Shown piece by piece: positions 34,599 through 45,364 of a stretch of 64,000 nt of DNA; within the stretch, counting starts at the first letter, position 1, and each line of letters opens with the position of its first letter. Both the position numbers and the translations under genes were made by a program. A model generated the notes under the pieces. It had not been told where the DNA came from. It worked only from the letters and a program-made list of their open reading frames with translations, and made no database searches. The stretch is from Corallochytrium limacisporum Hawaii (Eukaryota; Protista; Pluriformea), in assembly GCA_002811645.1 (NCBI GenBank), contig PDIP01000001.1, forward strand, positions 268,608-332,607, given 5' to 3'.

Positions 34599-36278
34599 AT
34601 GGCAGCTTTTGCTGTTTCATCAACTCAAGAATGCAAGACCTGTCTGTTCATCAGAGCAGCAGTGACTCGCAACCCCTGGCCAGAGAACTTCTGGAGCCGT
34701 CTGGAGGTAATGCGCCTGGACTGGCGAAAATCGGGCAGTCTCTGCTGCCCCTGGATTGCTTACGCTTTCCCTGAGGTGCTGATCAAGAAAATGGAAGAGA
34801 CTGGAATTTCAACTTTGGGAAAAGAACAGGCTGGGGCTATCATTACCATATACAGTGACTTCTACACATTCTCACCTGGACGGGGTGCCAACTTGCTGAC
34901 GACCACCACACCATTGATCCGCCACCTGGCCCTCCGAGACATTCCACAGACTCTGCTCCTTGCGGACAGCACATCCGAAGAGCGTCGTAAGGCTATGGTA
35001 TTCTATCACAACCTGTCTGCGTCTGAGGAGAAGGGCAAGGACCTGGTTTGGACCGCAATGCTGTCCAACCCTACCCTCTTCATGGGTCTTCGCTTTCTGG
35101 GACAGGAAGTCGACGATGCTGAGGTCCCGAATCAAGTCTCCTTCAGCCCGGCGACAGCCAACGGCATGCAGGGCAGTCCTGACGACAACCCGGAATTAGT
35201 CCTTGAGGCTTGGGAGGAGGTCATGGTGGCCGTTGTGTTCCAGTGTTTGAACGTGCCCCCGCATCCCCAGGCCATCGGCAGCGACCTCGCCACAACTGGG
35301 CCCACTGACGGGCAGAAACGCTGGCAACAGCTCTTGCAGACTCAGCTGAAGGGCATTTGGTTGGCATTCTTTGATGCCCTTGCGGGACTTGCGCTCTACA
35401 ATTTGGAGGATAAGCGTACCGACAAGCAGTCCTTGGGGCGAGGTGTGGAGTACGCCGTCTGGATTCTGGATTGTGGTTTGAGTGAAGGCATGCTAGAGCA
35501 CATGTCCATGAATTCGTGTATTTCTCTGCCCAACATTTTGCGCTACACGCGTACATTTGCCAAAGCTGCGAACGGTGTAGTTGTGGTGGACCGCAGTGCA
35601 GAGCAGTATCCGCGGGGGGATCTGCAGGAATGGTACGATGGAAAGAAATGTATTCTCACCCGTGGGGCGGTGCAGCATGTTGGTAAAATGGTATCCTGGC
35701 TCGGTGAGAAGGTGACGTCCCATGTCCAGGTGCAAGCTGATGTAGCAACGGAACGTATTGCTGATTTCTGGAAGATCACTCTGGACATCATTGCATCAAT
35801 TGCCCTGCACTCTGGTAGTGACAATGCTGACCTTCGGGCAGAATTGGTGGAAACTGGTGTTATGCAGGGGCTTCTTATTTTGCTAGACCACTTGGATATG
35901 CTTTTCGCACCAATTCGGAAACCGGGAGAGGTAGCTACTCATCCATGCGACGGTCTGAAGACCGCTGTCATGCGTGCTTTGGCCAACCTTGTCTACAATA
36001 GTCCGTATGCTCAGGAGGTCATGCGTGAGAGTGGTGCTTTGCGGGCGGCCCTGAACCACTGCGTGCACGACGAGCGCAACCCTTACCTTAGGGAATGGAG
36101 CATCTTCGCCATTCGCAATGCAATTGTACACAACAATGAGAATCAGGAGATCATTCGCCAGATGGAACGCAACCAGGAGGTCCCTATGGAGGTCCTGGAC
36201 GGTGCCGGGTTTGAGGTTGACATCCTCGACGATGGTGGCCTCAAGCTGCGTCGCAAAGACGGATCGGAGGGAAGCTGA
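34599..36278 (+). CDS. ATXN10: Ataxin-10 homolog (ARM-repeat protein)
   Basis: C-terminal 'LKTAVMRALANLVY...QEVMRE.G.L...LNHC..DERNPYLREWSIFAIRN....N.ENQE.I' is the ataxin-10 domain. Start codon uncertain (34599 or 34790). Confidence 0.85.
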   Translation: MAAFAVSSTQECKTCLFIRAAVTRNPWPENFWSRLEVMRLDWRKSGSLCCPWIAYAFPEVLIKKMEETGISTLGKEQAGAIITIYSDFYTFSPGRGANLLTTTTPLIRHLALRDIPQTLLLADSTSEERRKAMVFYHNLSASEEKGKDLVWTAMLSNPTLFMGLRFLGQEVDDAEVPNQVSFSPATANGMQGSPDDNPELVLEAWEEVMVAVVFQCLNVPPHPQAIGSDLATTGPTDGQKRWQQLLQTQLKGIWLAFFDALAGLALYNLEDKRTDKQSLGRGVEYAVWILDCGLSEGMLEHMSMNSCISLPNILRYTRTFAKAANGVVVVDRSAEQYPRGDLQEWYDGKKCILTRGAVQHVGKMVSWLGEKVTSHVQVQADVATERIADFWKITLDIIASIALHSGSDNADLRAELVETGVMQGLLILLDHLDMLFAPIRKPGEVATHPCDGLKTAVMRALANLVYNSPYAQEVMRESGALRAALNHCVHDERNPYLREWSIFAIRNAIVHNNENQEIIRQMERNQEVPMEVLDGAGFEVDILDDGGLKLRRKDGSEGS

Positions 36279-37928
36279 GTGACCACGTCTTCATAAGAAA
36301 CACCAACAACCCATCGACCAAATGTGCACTTCATATAAAGAATTCCATTTAATTTACCGACAAAGTTTAGTAAACTCCATTTGATCGATCTATGGCTTGA
36401 GCTTCTCTGTAGTACAGAGGGGGACTTAAAGGGTCCCCTTCCTCGAATTATCATGCCCTGATGGAACTGGCACAACAAATTGGCCCGATTCGACTGCATA
36501 AGTCCGGGACGATGATCATCCTTGGGAATCTGTCATAGACACACGACCATACATTGGCCCGTACTCCTCAGAACCAACTACTCTGGATCATCTTGCGATG
36601 ACACGTTCAATTTAGAACATGTTTACAATATAGTGGCAGTGCTCTGAGAGCCGAGTAGCTTGATGGCAAAAGATCTATGGCGTGTCCGCTGTCGAACATG
36701 CTCTAGACAGGTATTTAAATATACGGACAGTAAGAGCGAGGTGACACTGGATGTGATTCGCAGAGTCGGGTACCGGGCCGGGTTAAAGTGCGATCGTACC
36801 ATAGCAAAAGCTCTGAGTTCCCCACACAATTCCAATAGTGAACAGGTGGAATATTTCTTCCAATGCAAATGGAATGGGTCGGGCGGGGAAGTATATTCAA
36901 TTATTCTGGGCACTAGGCAAACAGTGGACCACATAACCGTCACCCACCAACGCGAGGCCTACCTCCCAGCACACACAAACGCAGGCGCCATTAAGCATAA
37001 CAAATCACCGAGCCCCACTCCAATCGCCTTTGTTCGATCACACGTCCCAACCATGCACTATTGTGACTGCCAGTGCGGGGAAGGGATAGGCCGTTTCTGC
37101 CGAAACCGCCCGTTCTGATACTCCCCAACCTCTCTCGCGGTCCCCGCCTGTTGTTCTCCAAGGGTTGCCACAGAGAGGATCGATGCCAAAGAACGCAACC
37201 CAGCCGTACCCAAAGAAGGGGGGGGGGGGATTGCTGCCGGTTGATCGGACCGGAGATGCTAGGCACGGGGATTCGCAATACAGTGAATTGGACGTCCTTA
37301 CCGCTTTCGAGAATGAAGAATAGTCAAATAGAGTGTCGGCCGTGTTCACTTCTTGCTGTCTGGGGACAACACTGAAGTAGAGTTTCGCTCCAAAACGGGC
37401 TCTGTTCCTTCGTCTTTCCTTTGCTTCCTCCGTGCGTTTCGCTTCGTGCGTTTCCTTTGGTGAACTAGCTCGCCTGGTTGGGTTACCCCTTGCTTCGCTC
37501 AGTTTTCACCATGGCAAACCTGCGAATTAGAAAATCGGCCGCTGGCCGAATAGTGCCAATGCTTTCTTTATTTAGTTGGGAGGTATGGAATTGTCGGGGC
37601 TACCCCGTGTGGGACAGTTTTTGGGACAGATTTGTCTGTCTGCAGCAGGACTCGCGCATGGGGCCACCATACGTCCTAAGTGACCAACGGGTCCGGACCG
37701 TACAGAATCTATTTGATGCATGTTAAACTATGAACTTACCAGATGTTGAGCGAAGGAAGCAGAGCGATACCCAGTTCGAATGACTGAGCAAACTTGTGGG
37801 AACAAAAACTTTTCAGGACTGGCAACAAACTCTCAAATCAGTGCACATCTGACACGGACACTCTGCCCCAGTAATTGCAGTCACACGTTCATTCAATTCG
37901 CATAGATATCATCAACACCAAGACGGAC

Positions 37929-39056
37929 ATGTCGGGAAATACACCGCTGAAGAGCATCCAGATCAGCGGGACTGGGACTGCTCGCACGGTCAGCGGAGAC
38001 AAGTTTATCGGAGACCGCCAAGTCGTTCGAAGCAGAAGCGTTAGTGAAGCAGACCCAGCGCTGCCCCTAAAGAGCCCTTTTGCGCCGTCAAAAACCCCCG
38101 CTGAGCCTACCAACTTGAAGGTCGCCCTGGTCACTGCGGTTTGGTTTCTGTCAAACATTACCATTTCCAATGTGAATAAGGTAATCTTCAAGTTCTACGA
38201 CTTTAAGTTTCCCATTTTTGTCACCATTGTGCATATGGTTGTATGCAGTATAATGAGCTTCCTGTTTCTCAGGGTGTTTCGTTTTGGTATCTTGAAAAAG
38301 GTACCCCAGCGCATCTTCTACCGCAGCATTGTCCCGCTCGCCTTTGTCTTCTTTGTCAGTGTTTGCAGCGGCAACGTGGCCCTGAAGTACATTTACGTCA
38401 GTTACGCTCAGATGATTGGTGCCACAACACCCCTGTTCACAGTGGTAGTTAGCGTATTGGTCACGGGTGCGACCTTCAATCAGTATGTGTGGCTGTCCAT
38501 GGTGCCCATTGCGGGTGGCATTATGCTGACCATCTCCGGGGAAGTTAACTTCAACATGGTCGGTACACTCTTCCTCATTCTAGCTACAATTGCGAGGGCT
38601 TTGAAAACGGTATTGCAAGGTATGCTGCTGAGCGGTAAGGACATGAAGATGGATAGCATGAATCTACTTTACTATATGGCACCCGCTACTGTTGCTTTCC
38701 TGACACCAACCTGTATCATCTGGGAAGGCTCTGATCTATTAGTAAGATTCTATGAGAGCGACGATAGTGGTCTGTGGCAATTAGTTTTGGCATCGGGTTT
38801 CACTGCATTCTTTGTCAACTACTTCAACTTCCTCGTCACCCAGTATACATCCGCCGTGACCCAGCAGGTGCTAGGTAACCTCAAAGTGGTCATGAGTATC
38901 ATCTCCTCAGTAGTCATATTTGAAAATGAGATTTCAGGTTCAGCAGCCCTTGGATGTCTAATTGCACTTTGCGGTGGTGCACTGTATGGTAGGGTCAACA
39001 AGTGGCCCAAGCACCTGAAACTTGGAGAATTCCCCGAAGACAAACAGCTATTCTAG
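37929..39056 (+). CDS. Nucleotide-sugar / triose-phosphate translocator family transporter (SLC35E-like)
   Basis: About 10 transmembrane helices. 'NK.IF..YDFKFPIFVT..HM', 'GNVALKYIYVSYAQMIGATTPLFT', 'RALKTVLQ', 'NLLYYMAP', 'TSAVT.QVLGNLK'. Confidence 0.92.
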   Translation: MSGNTPLKSIQISGTGTARTVSGDKFIGDRQVVRSRSVSEADPALPLKSPFAPSKTPAEPTNLKVALVTAVWFLSNITISNVNKVIFKFYDFKFPIFVTIVHMVVCSIMSFLFLRVFRFGILKKVPQRIFYRSIVPLAFVFFVSVCSGNVALKYIYVSYAQMIGATTPLFTVVVSVLVTGATFNQYVWLSMVPIAGGIMLTISGEVNFNMVGTLFLILATIARALKTVLQGMLLSGKDMKMDSMNLLYYMAPATVAFLTPTCIIWEGSDLLVRFYESDDSGLWQLVLASGFTAFFVNYFNFLVTQYTSAVTQQVLGNLKVVMSIISSVVIFENEISGSAALGCLIALCGGALYGRVNKWPKHLKLGEFPEDKQLF

Positions 39057-39480
39057 ATCACAAAACCATAATTTTCACTGTAGTATACTAAAACTCGAGA
39101 CACATCGTACAAAAATATTGTATTGTTGGGTGTTACTATTGTCTGTTTCCGTGAGTGCAAGATAATGCAATACCTGTTCACTATCTTAGTGCGCGTTCGG
39201 CATATATTTAAGCACATATGCATCTTACAATAAAACAAATTCACCAGTGCACACAAACGAAACAACAAAACACATAAGGATCCGACAATATATAGCTCTC
39301 ACGGCTAGGAAAAGAAGAAATATGTGTGGAACGACGATGTTCGATTTCGAAATACCAAATAGATCTTATAGGAAAATATGAGCTCTTTTTCAATTGTACG
39401 AAAGTCCTACATTGAAATTGAATATGGAAAAGTGCATGAATTACAATTACGGGCAGAATAATTGGTATACAAAATAAAAT

Positions 39481-40170
39481 TCAGATCTTACTGGATGTGT
39501 TGAGGAATGGATCGCTGCGGTACTTGACTTGAGATTCGTGGTCTAGATGGCGTCTTGTGAATTCAATATCAGCATTGATATCATCTTTCAGGGCCTCTAG
39601 ACTGTCGTAATTTTTTTCTGGCCGAATGTATCCACAAATGATGAGGTTAAGCTGCTCTCCATAGAAATCCTCGTCAAAATTAGAGATCAAATGAGCTTCC
39701 GCGGACCGCTTCTGGTTATTATAGAAAGGATTCCATCCAATACTCATAACCATCGGATAAATTTCACCTCGCAATCCAGCCCATCCCATGTAAATTCCGG
39801 ATTCCAGATCTGCTGGCAAGTTGTCAACCTTGTCCTGCGAGAAATTCGCCGTAGGGCAGCCCAGCTCTTTACCACCACGCCCATAGCCGCGGGCAACCGG
39901 GCCGCTGAGATACAGGGGCAGGCCAGGTGCATCGTATCCCTTAGCACCGACTGCGTTCTTCTGTCCCGGTTGTGATCTGGCAGTCACCATGGCCGCAAAG
40001 TGTCTGACAGTACCTGATTCCAGCCGGGTTTGCGTCTCCTGCGGTAAAGATTCACGGGACAGGGTATAGTGCTGACAGGAGTATGACCACCGGGAACGGT
40101 TGTTCTGTGGAAACCTGGCTGCCGTTGCAATGACTTTAAACAATGGACTTCCTGCACAGCGAATGAACAT
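39481..40170 (-). CDS. RFK: Riboflavin kinase with N-terminal presequence-like extension
   Basis: 'GPVARGYGRGGKELGCPTAN', 'GIYMGWA', 'MVMSIGWNPFY', 'EAHLI' and 'YIRPEKNY'. Confidence 0.95.
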   Translation of the reverse strand: MFIRCAGSPLFKVIATAARFPQNNRSRWSYSCQHYTLSRESLPQETQTRLESGTVRHFAAMVTARSQPGQKNAVGAKGYDAPGLPLYLSGPVARGYGRGGKELGCPTANFSQDKVDNLPADLESGIYMGWAGLRGEIYPMVMSIGWNPFYNNQKRSAEAHLISNFDEDFYGEQLNLIICGYIRPEKNYDSLEALKDDINADIEFTRRHLDHESQVKYRSDPFLNTSSKI

Positions 40171-40904
40171 GGATTTCCGCCGCCAATCAAAGAGAGCGAT
40201 AAAGCACCGGGCTCTCCTGAGTACACTAACTTAATTCACAAATGTGAAAGGTCACCACGATCTCCTTCCTTGTGAAATTTAATAGTTAGCCAAACTCAAT
40301 CCTTACAAATGGGTTAAAGTATTAAACACTATGTGAGCGAGATTGTAAGTACTGCTACCATGGTACACTGTGTAGAAAGGTGCACGCAATATCACAACAG
40401 TGATTCAAATAAGTCCAGAATTGTACATACAGACCCGCCGGTAGTTGCCCCCATATCACTGTGGCACCCTCCAAAGGCCTGCTCTCGCCTCCCATTGTTC
40501 TCTTCCGTCTTGTCTAGCTCCGCTTTCTTCCTTTCTCTCCGTCTGAGGGGCCCTCCGCGTGTGTATGCAGTGAGAACTGGGTAGGGAAACCCATTCTGCG
40601 TTCGTTGTTGTCTTGATTCCGCAGGCAAGTGCCCCCTCAGCTGATGGAGTAGCAGGTCCCACAATCAATTGATCTCGTGGTTGCATCAGTTTGCGGGAGG
40701 GCGCAGAATTCGATTGACCCGAAGGTCCTCGAAGATATGATCGAACGACCCAGTCATCATGCTGGGCTCACAAGACCTAGGTAGATGTATTCATTATGAA
40801 AGATGCTTATTATTAGAAACATTCCTTATGGGCAATTGATGCATTATGAGAAACAGGCCTCTATGAAGATGGATGCGATAATCGGTGATGCCATCCTCTA
40901 CGAT

Positions 40905-41942
40905 TCAATGTATCCGCTTGGGCAAGGTCACACCGTAGCGATCAGAGTATAGTCGCAACAGTGTCCCCGACAGAACACCAAAGATCACTCGCGGTGCGTG
41001 TAGAGCAGGCATGGCCGTCCGGGCCAAAAGATAAGTGATTGCGGACACTGCAGCTGTAGTTGCATAGATGGCCTTGTCAGAGCGCAAAATCCGCGGCTTA
41101 CCACCACCAGTGAGTACGTCGCGGGTCATCCCACCGAAGGTGGCGGTCATGACTCCGCACATGACACAGAGCAAGGGAGCACTAGCCAATCCACAGCGCA
41201 GGGCATTCTGACATCCGATGACGCCAAAAGCACCTACTCCTAGGGCATCTCCTAGTTCGAGTGCAATGTTGCGGGGCTCCTCACGCTCGAGACGGAAGGA
41301 AACGCCGTTCGAAGAGGTGGACAGTGTCGAAGTCGACGATCCTTGCTGTTGCTGCTGCTGTTGCCTCTGCTTCACGTCTGAGAGGTGTTTACGGTCTACT
41401 CCGGGATGCCGCGGCTGGTGCAGGCTTTGTGTGTCCTCGTCATTCTCACTTGACCACAGTGCAAATGTAAGCATGGAGCACACTACAGCAATATATATGT
41501 ACTCGGGCTCGTCGAACCAGAAAGCCCGTCTGCCCAATAATACATCACGCACACTACCACCACCGACAGCAGTGATTGTGGCCACGGCAGTGCAGCCAAA
41601 GGCATCCATTCCAAAGGCAGAGGCTGTGAGGGTCCCACCGACAGCGAATGCGGCAGTACCTAGATAGTCAAAGCCCCGAAGCATACCACCGGCACTGATT
41701 AATGACGGATAACGTGGCATGCCGTCGATGGCATGACCAGTGGTAGGCATAATCCAGTGAGGATCTGTGTAAGAAGGAGTTTCTGACGACTGGTCTGCAG
41801 TGTGGAAGCGTGCCACAGTTGTCGTGCGAACCGTGGGAATCCCATTTGGCCATCGAGCCCGCAGAATAGTACTCTGTCCCAAAGCATCCGCAGTTCGAGT
41901 GCCTTGCAGCAGCCGTGTTACTAATCTGCTGCTGATCGGCAT
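40905..41942 (-). CDS. TRIC / UPF0126-family membrane protein with presequence-like N-terminus
   Basis: Two repeats: 'DYLGTAAFAVGG...MDAFG......TAVGGGSVRDVLLG' and 'DALGVGAF...G.....TATFGGMTRDVL'. Confidence 0.88.
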   Translation of the reverse strand: MPISSRLVTRLLQGTRTADALGQSTILRARWPNGIPTVRTTTVARFHTADQSSETPSYTDPHWIMPTTGHAIDGMPRYPSLISAGGMLRGFDYLGTAAFAVGGTLTASAFGMDAFGCTAVATITAVGGGSVRDVLLGRRAFWFDEPEYIYIAVVCSMLTFALWSSENDEDTQSLHQPRHPGVDRKHLSDVKQRQQQQQQQGSSTSTLSTSSNGVSFRLEREEPRNIALELGDALGVGAFGVIGCQNALRCGLASAPLLCVMCGVMTATFGGMTRDVLTGGGKPRILRSDKAIYATTAAVSAITYLLARTAMPALHAPRVIFGVLSGTLLRLYSDRYGVTLPKRIH

Positions 41943-42319
41943 GGTCTATATCGCGGTGGAAAATAGGCAAGAATTCTGTGGAACCCGAACCGATCAAGCA
42001 CTGCCATTCTCCTGCTCAGTCACACCCACGGTACGCCCACCAGTTTCCATGAAGTACCCGCCCTTAATCCTAAATGACGCCATTCCCCGCGCGATCATAA
42101 GAAATCTGCGCCTTTTTTATTAATGTGTCTCACCCTCCTCGCTCCCTCTCCGTCTCCCTCACCCTGTTCTGTTACTAGTCCCTTCACTCAAGCTCCTTTT
42201 CCCCCAAGCTTTACATAAGCCCACCGGAACGGGGGCCGCATTTCCGACTCGGCGGTGTTTGGAACCCTCCCCTTCTCCTTTGGACCTCAACGAGACCCGC
42301 GTGGAAAATGTTCCAATTC

Positions 42320-42350
42320 TCCCCCCCCCCCTCCCCGCGGGGCGGGCGAG
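42320..42350. promoter_or_regulatory. C-run/G-run element in the TRIC-DDX27 divergent intergenic region
   Basis: CCCCCCCCCCCTCCCCGCGGGGCGGGCG, roughly 380 and 450 bp from the two ATGs. Confidence 0.45.
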
Positions 42351-42789
42351 GCGGGTTCATGACTTTCTTTGCTGGCACCCGTGCCACGCACGACCTCATT
42401 GCCTGGGACTCTCTGCCCAACTGGGCCCGTTTCCCGCACAGCAGCAATCCAGCCAACAAATTGAGACCCGCGTGTGGTTCACTGTTTGGCTTGTGCTTGT
42501 CGAGGTGGAAGGGCAGGAGTCCGTGGTCGGTGGAAGGAGAAGGGCCACCGAAGGCTTCCTGTGCGCAGAAAGTTATCTGATAGTGGCCATTGGTGCTACA
42601 AGTAAGTTCGTATTACATTATGCGATGACACCGAAGAGAATCTGTGAGATTAATGGGAAGGAACTGCAATCTGTGCTCACAGAAGGTGGCATGGAAGATC
42701 AGGGATACGCCTGAAGGCATGTGTTGGAATTTAGGTAGGGAATAACTATAGATAGGGATACTCACGTATATAATACACAAACAGCAACG

Positions 42790-45174
42790 ATGGCTGATAA
42801 AGAATTAATGTTTAGCACTCTGGATGACGACGCTGATGTCGACATTGTTTCCGAAGCGGAAACCGACGATGGTTATGAAAATAAGCACGGCGTCACGAAC
42901 GACACATCCAGTAAAGCAAAGAGCAAATCACTAAAGAAACAGAGAGCCAAAGTGGTAAGGGAGCTTGCAGACAAGGCCGTCAAGGCGCGCGAAGTGTTGA
43001 ACACAAACTTTGAGTTCTCTATGCAGGCACCACAGGTGAAATCGACTTTCCTTTTCGGTGGCTACGGTGGCACGGGAGCTGAGCGGCGAGCCCCTGTTGA
43101 TGATAACGCTGTGGACGTGGAATTCAGTGGATCGAGCGATGGAGAGGAGGATGACAATGATAACGAAGGAGGATGGCTTCAAAACGAAGGGGAAGAGAAT
43201 GAAAACGAAGACGAGGAAGATATGGAAACGGATAGTGCGGACGAAGATGATGAGGACGACGAGGCAGACATTGTCAAGCCTTCCCGGCGTGCCAACACTG
43301 TTGGAGTGGAGTCTACTGGAGACAACAGTGATGATGATGACGATGAAGAATTTGATGAAGCAAAGGAAGCGGCCAAGCGTGCCTTCTTTGACACCATTGA
43401 TGACACCAAGAATGCTACCCTGGCTTCATCCTTTAAGGATCTTCATCTCTCTCGTCCCATCCTCAAAGCTTGCGACAAAATGAAATTGAAGGTACCCACT
43501 CCTGTGCAGAGTGCGTGCGTGCCCGTCGCTTTACAGGGCCGGGATATCTGCGCCTGTGCAGAAACTGGCAGTGGTAAAACTGCAGCGTATCTACTGCCCA
43601 TCTTGGAGCGTCTTCTCTTCAGACAGAAGCAGGAGCCAGCCACGCGGTGTTTGGTGGTCTGTCCGACTCGAGAATTGGCAGTGCAGGTGCATGAGGCTGT
43701 GGTCAAGTTCACCGAATTCACAGATGTCACGTCCTGTCTTGTGGTAGGTGGTACCAGTGAACAGCAGCAGGCTGCGGTCCTACGTCAGTACCCCGACCTT
43801 GTAGTGGCCACACCGGGTCGGCTAATTGACCACGTCATGAACACGCCTGGCTTCCACCTAGAAGCTTTGGAATGTCTAATCTTTGATGAGGCCGACCGTC
43901 TGTTAGAATTAGGATTCAAGGACGAGGTTGACGAGATCGTCAAGTACTGCGGACGCAATCATCAAACCATGCTCTTCAGTGCGACCATGACTGATGAGGT
44001 GGACGACCTGATCAATTTGAGCCTACAGAATCCTGTTCGCCTGTTTATCAATCGCAATCGGGAGGTTGCCGTAAATGTTGTACAGGAGTTTGTGCGCATA
44101 AAGCAAACACGCGAGGCAGATAGAGAAGCTATTCTCCTGGCTCTTCTACGCCGATCCTTCCGGAACAAACCCGCCATTGTATTCTTCCGAACCAAGAAGC
44201 AGGCTCAGCGCATGCGCTTGCTCTGCAAATTGCTTGGCCTGCGCGCCGCCGAACTGCACGGCAGCCTGAGCCAGAATCAGCGCCTGGAGAATCTGCGCCA
44301 GTTCAAGGAGAATGAAGTGAATGTATTGATTGCTACCGATCTCGCAGCCCGTGGTCTAGACATTGAAGGAATCGAGGTCGTGTTGAATGCGTCCATGCCA
44401 CCAAAGGCACAGCAGTATATTCACCGTGTCGGTCGCACGGGCCGTGCTGGTCGGCGAGGTCTGAGTGTGACGTTGGTGGGAGAGAGTGATCGGAAAGTGT
44501 TGAAGACCGTGCTAAGGCGAAAGAGTGTGGCAGGAAAGACAGGCAAGGTCCAGGCGCGTTCCCGCACCGTGCCCCAATCCGTTATTGACAAGTACTGTGC
44601 CAAGATTGCAAGTCTGGAGCCCAAGATTGTGGCAGCACAGGAGAAGGAACGGGAAGAAAGCCTCCTGGTCAAGACGGAGATGGAACTGCGAAAAGCAGAG
44701 AACCTTCTGGTACATGGCGATGAAATCCGCAGCCGTCCGAAGAAGGAATGGTTCCAAACGAGCAAAGAGAAGGCCGCAGCCCACAAGGCGGACTTGGCTG
44801 CCAATGCCGGGGCGGCTCTGGCCATACGGAAAGATGCGAAAGCACAGAAACGTGGTCAGCCAAAGTTGGCCCCGGAGGAGGCCAAGGCCTTACGTACGGC
44901 TAAGGCCAGTGCTCGTAAAGAGAAACGGTCCAAACGCCAGGGCCGCATCCATGGTCTTGACGAGAGTAAGCCCATTACTGGTATTGACTTCGCAATGCGC
45001 CGTACGACGGGTAGCGGCGGAAGGGCCAACGGTGTCAGTGGGCCCGGAGGCAAGAAGCGTCAGGTGGAGGGATTCCTGAAAGAAGTAGAGAAACTGGGCA
45101 GTACCAAGCGCAAGAAGCCGAAAGGCAAGGGTGCGCAATCGTTCAAGTCACGGAAGAAGCATAAACGCCGTTAA
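42790..45174 (+). CDS. DDX27: DEAD-box RNA helicase DRS1/DDX27 (60S biogenesis)
   Basis: 'LHLSRPILKA', 'GRDICACAETGSGKTAA', PTRELA, DEAD, SAT, 'QEFVRI', HRVGRTGRAG and 'EIRSRPKKEWFQ', with an acidic N-terminus. Confidence 0.95.
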   Translation: MADKELMFSTLDDDADVDIVSEAETDDGYENKHGVTNDTSSKAKSKSLKKQRAKVVRELADKAVKAREVLNTNFEFSMQAPQVKSTFLFGGYGGTGAERRAPVDDNAVDVEFSGSSDGEEDDNDNEGGWLQNEGEENENEDEEDMETDSADEDDEDDEADIVKPSRRANTVGVESTGDNSDDDDDEEFDEAKEAAKRAFFDTIDDTKNATLASSFKDLHLSRPILKACDKMKLKVPTPVQSACVPVALQGRDICACAETGSGKTAAYLLPILERLLFRQKQEPATRCLVVCPTRELAVQVHEAVVKFTEFTDVTSCLVVGGTSEQQQAAVLRQYPDLVVATPGRLIDHVMNTPGFHLEALECLIFDEADRLLELGFKDEVDEIVKYCGRNHQTMLFSATMTDEVDDLINLSLQNPVRLFINRNREVAVNVVQEFVRIKQTREADREAILLALLRRSFRNKPAIVFFRTKKQAQRMRLLCKLLGLRAAELHGSLSQNQRLENLRQFKENEVNVLIATDLAARGLDIEGIEVVLNASMPPKAQQYIHRVGRTGRAGRRGLSVTLVGESDRKVLKTVLRRKSVAGKTGKVQARSRTVPQSVIDKYCAKIASLEPKIVAAQEKEREESLLVKTEMELRKAENLLVHGDEIRSRPKKEWFQTSKEKAAAHKADLAANAGAALAIRKDAKAQKRGQPKLAPEEAKALRTAKASARKEKRSKRQGRIHGLDESKPITGIDFAMRRTTGSGGRANGVSGPGGKKRQVEGFLKEVEKLGSTKRKKPKGKGAQSFKSRKKHKRR

Positions 45175-45364
45175 TGTCTTGGGACCGCTCACTGATAGCT
45201 AAATGAAGGACTATTGAGCAGACGTACATCTGGTAAGCAGATTTGGAGTTGAGTATAATCAAACAAAAGATTCTAAGACTTGTTCGTGCCTGTGTGCATT
45301 TTGCTGTTGATTTTCTAACTAGTGTTGCTAAAGATCATCAAAGAGTTGATGTACAAGTAAAATT

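Noticed and set aside
36660-37118. 152-aa ORF between ATXN10 and SLC35E
   Set aside because: No recognisable motif, and overlapping ORFs of similar size on both strands suggest chance.
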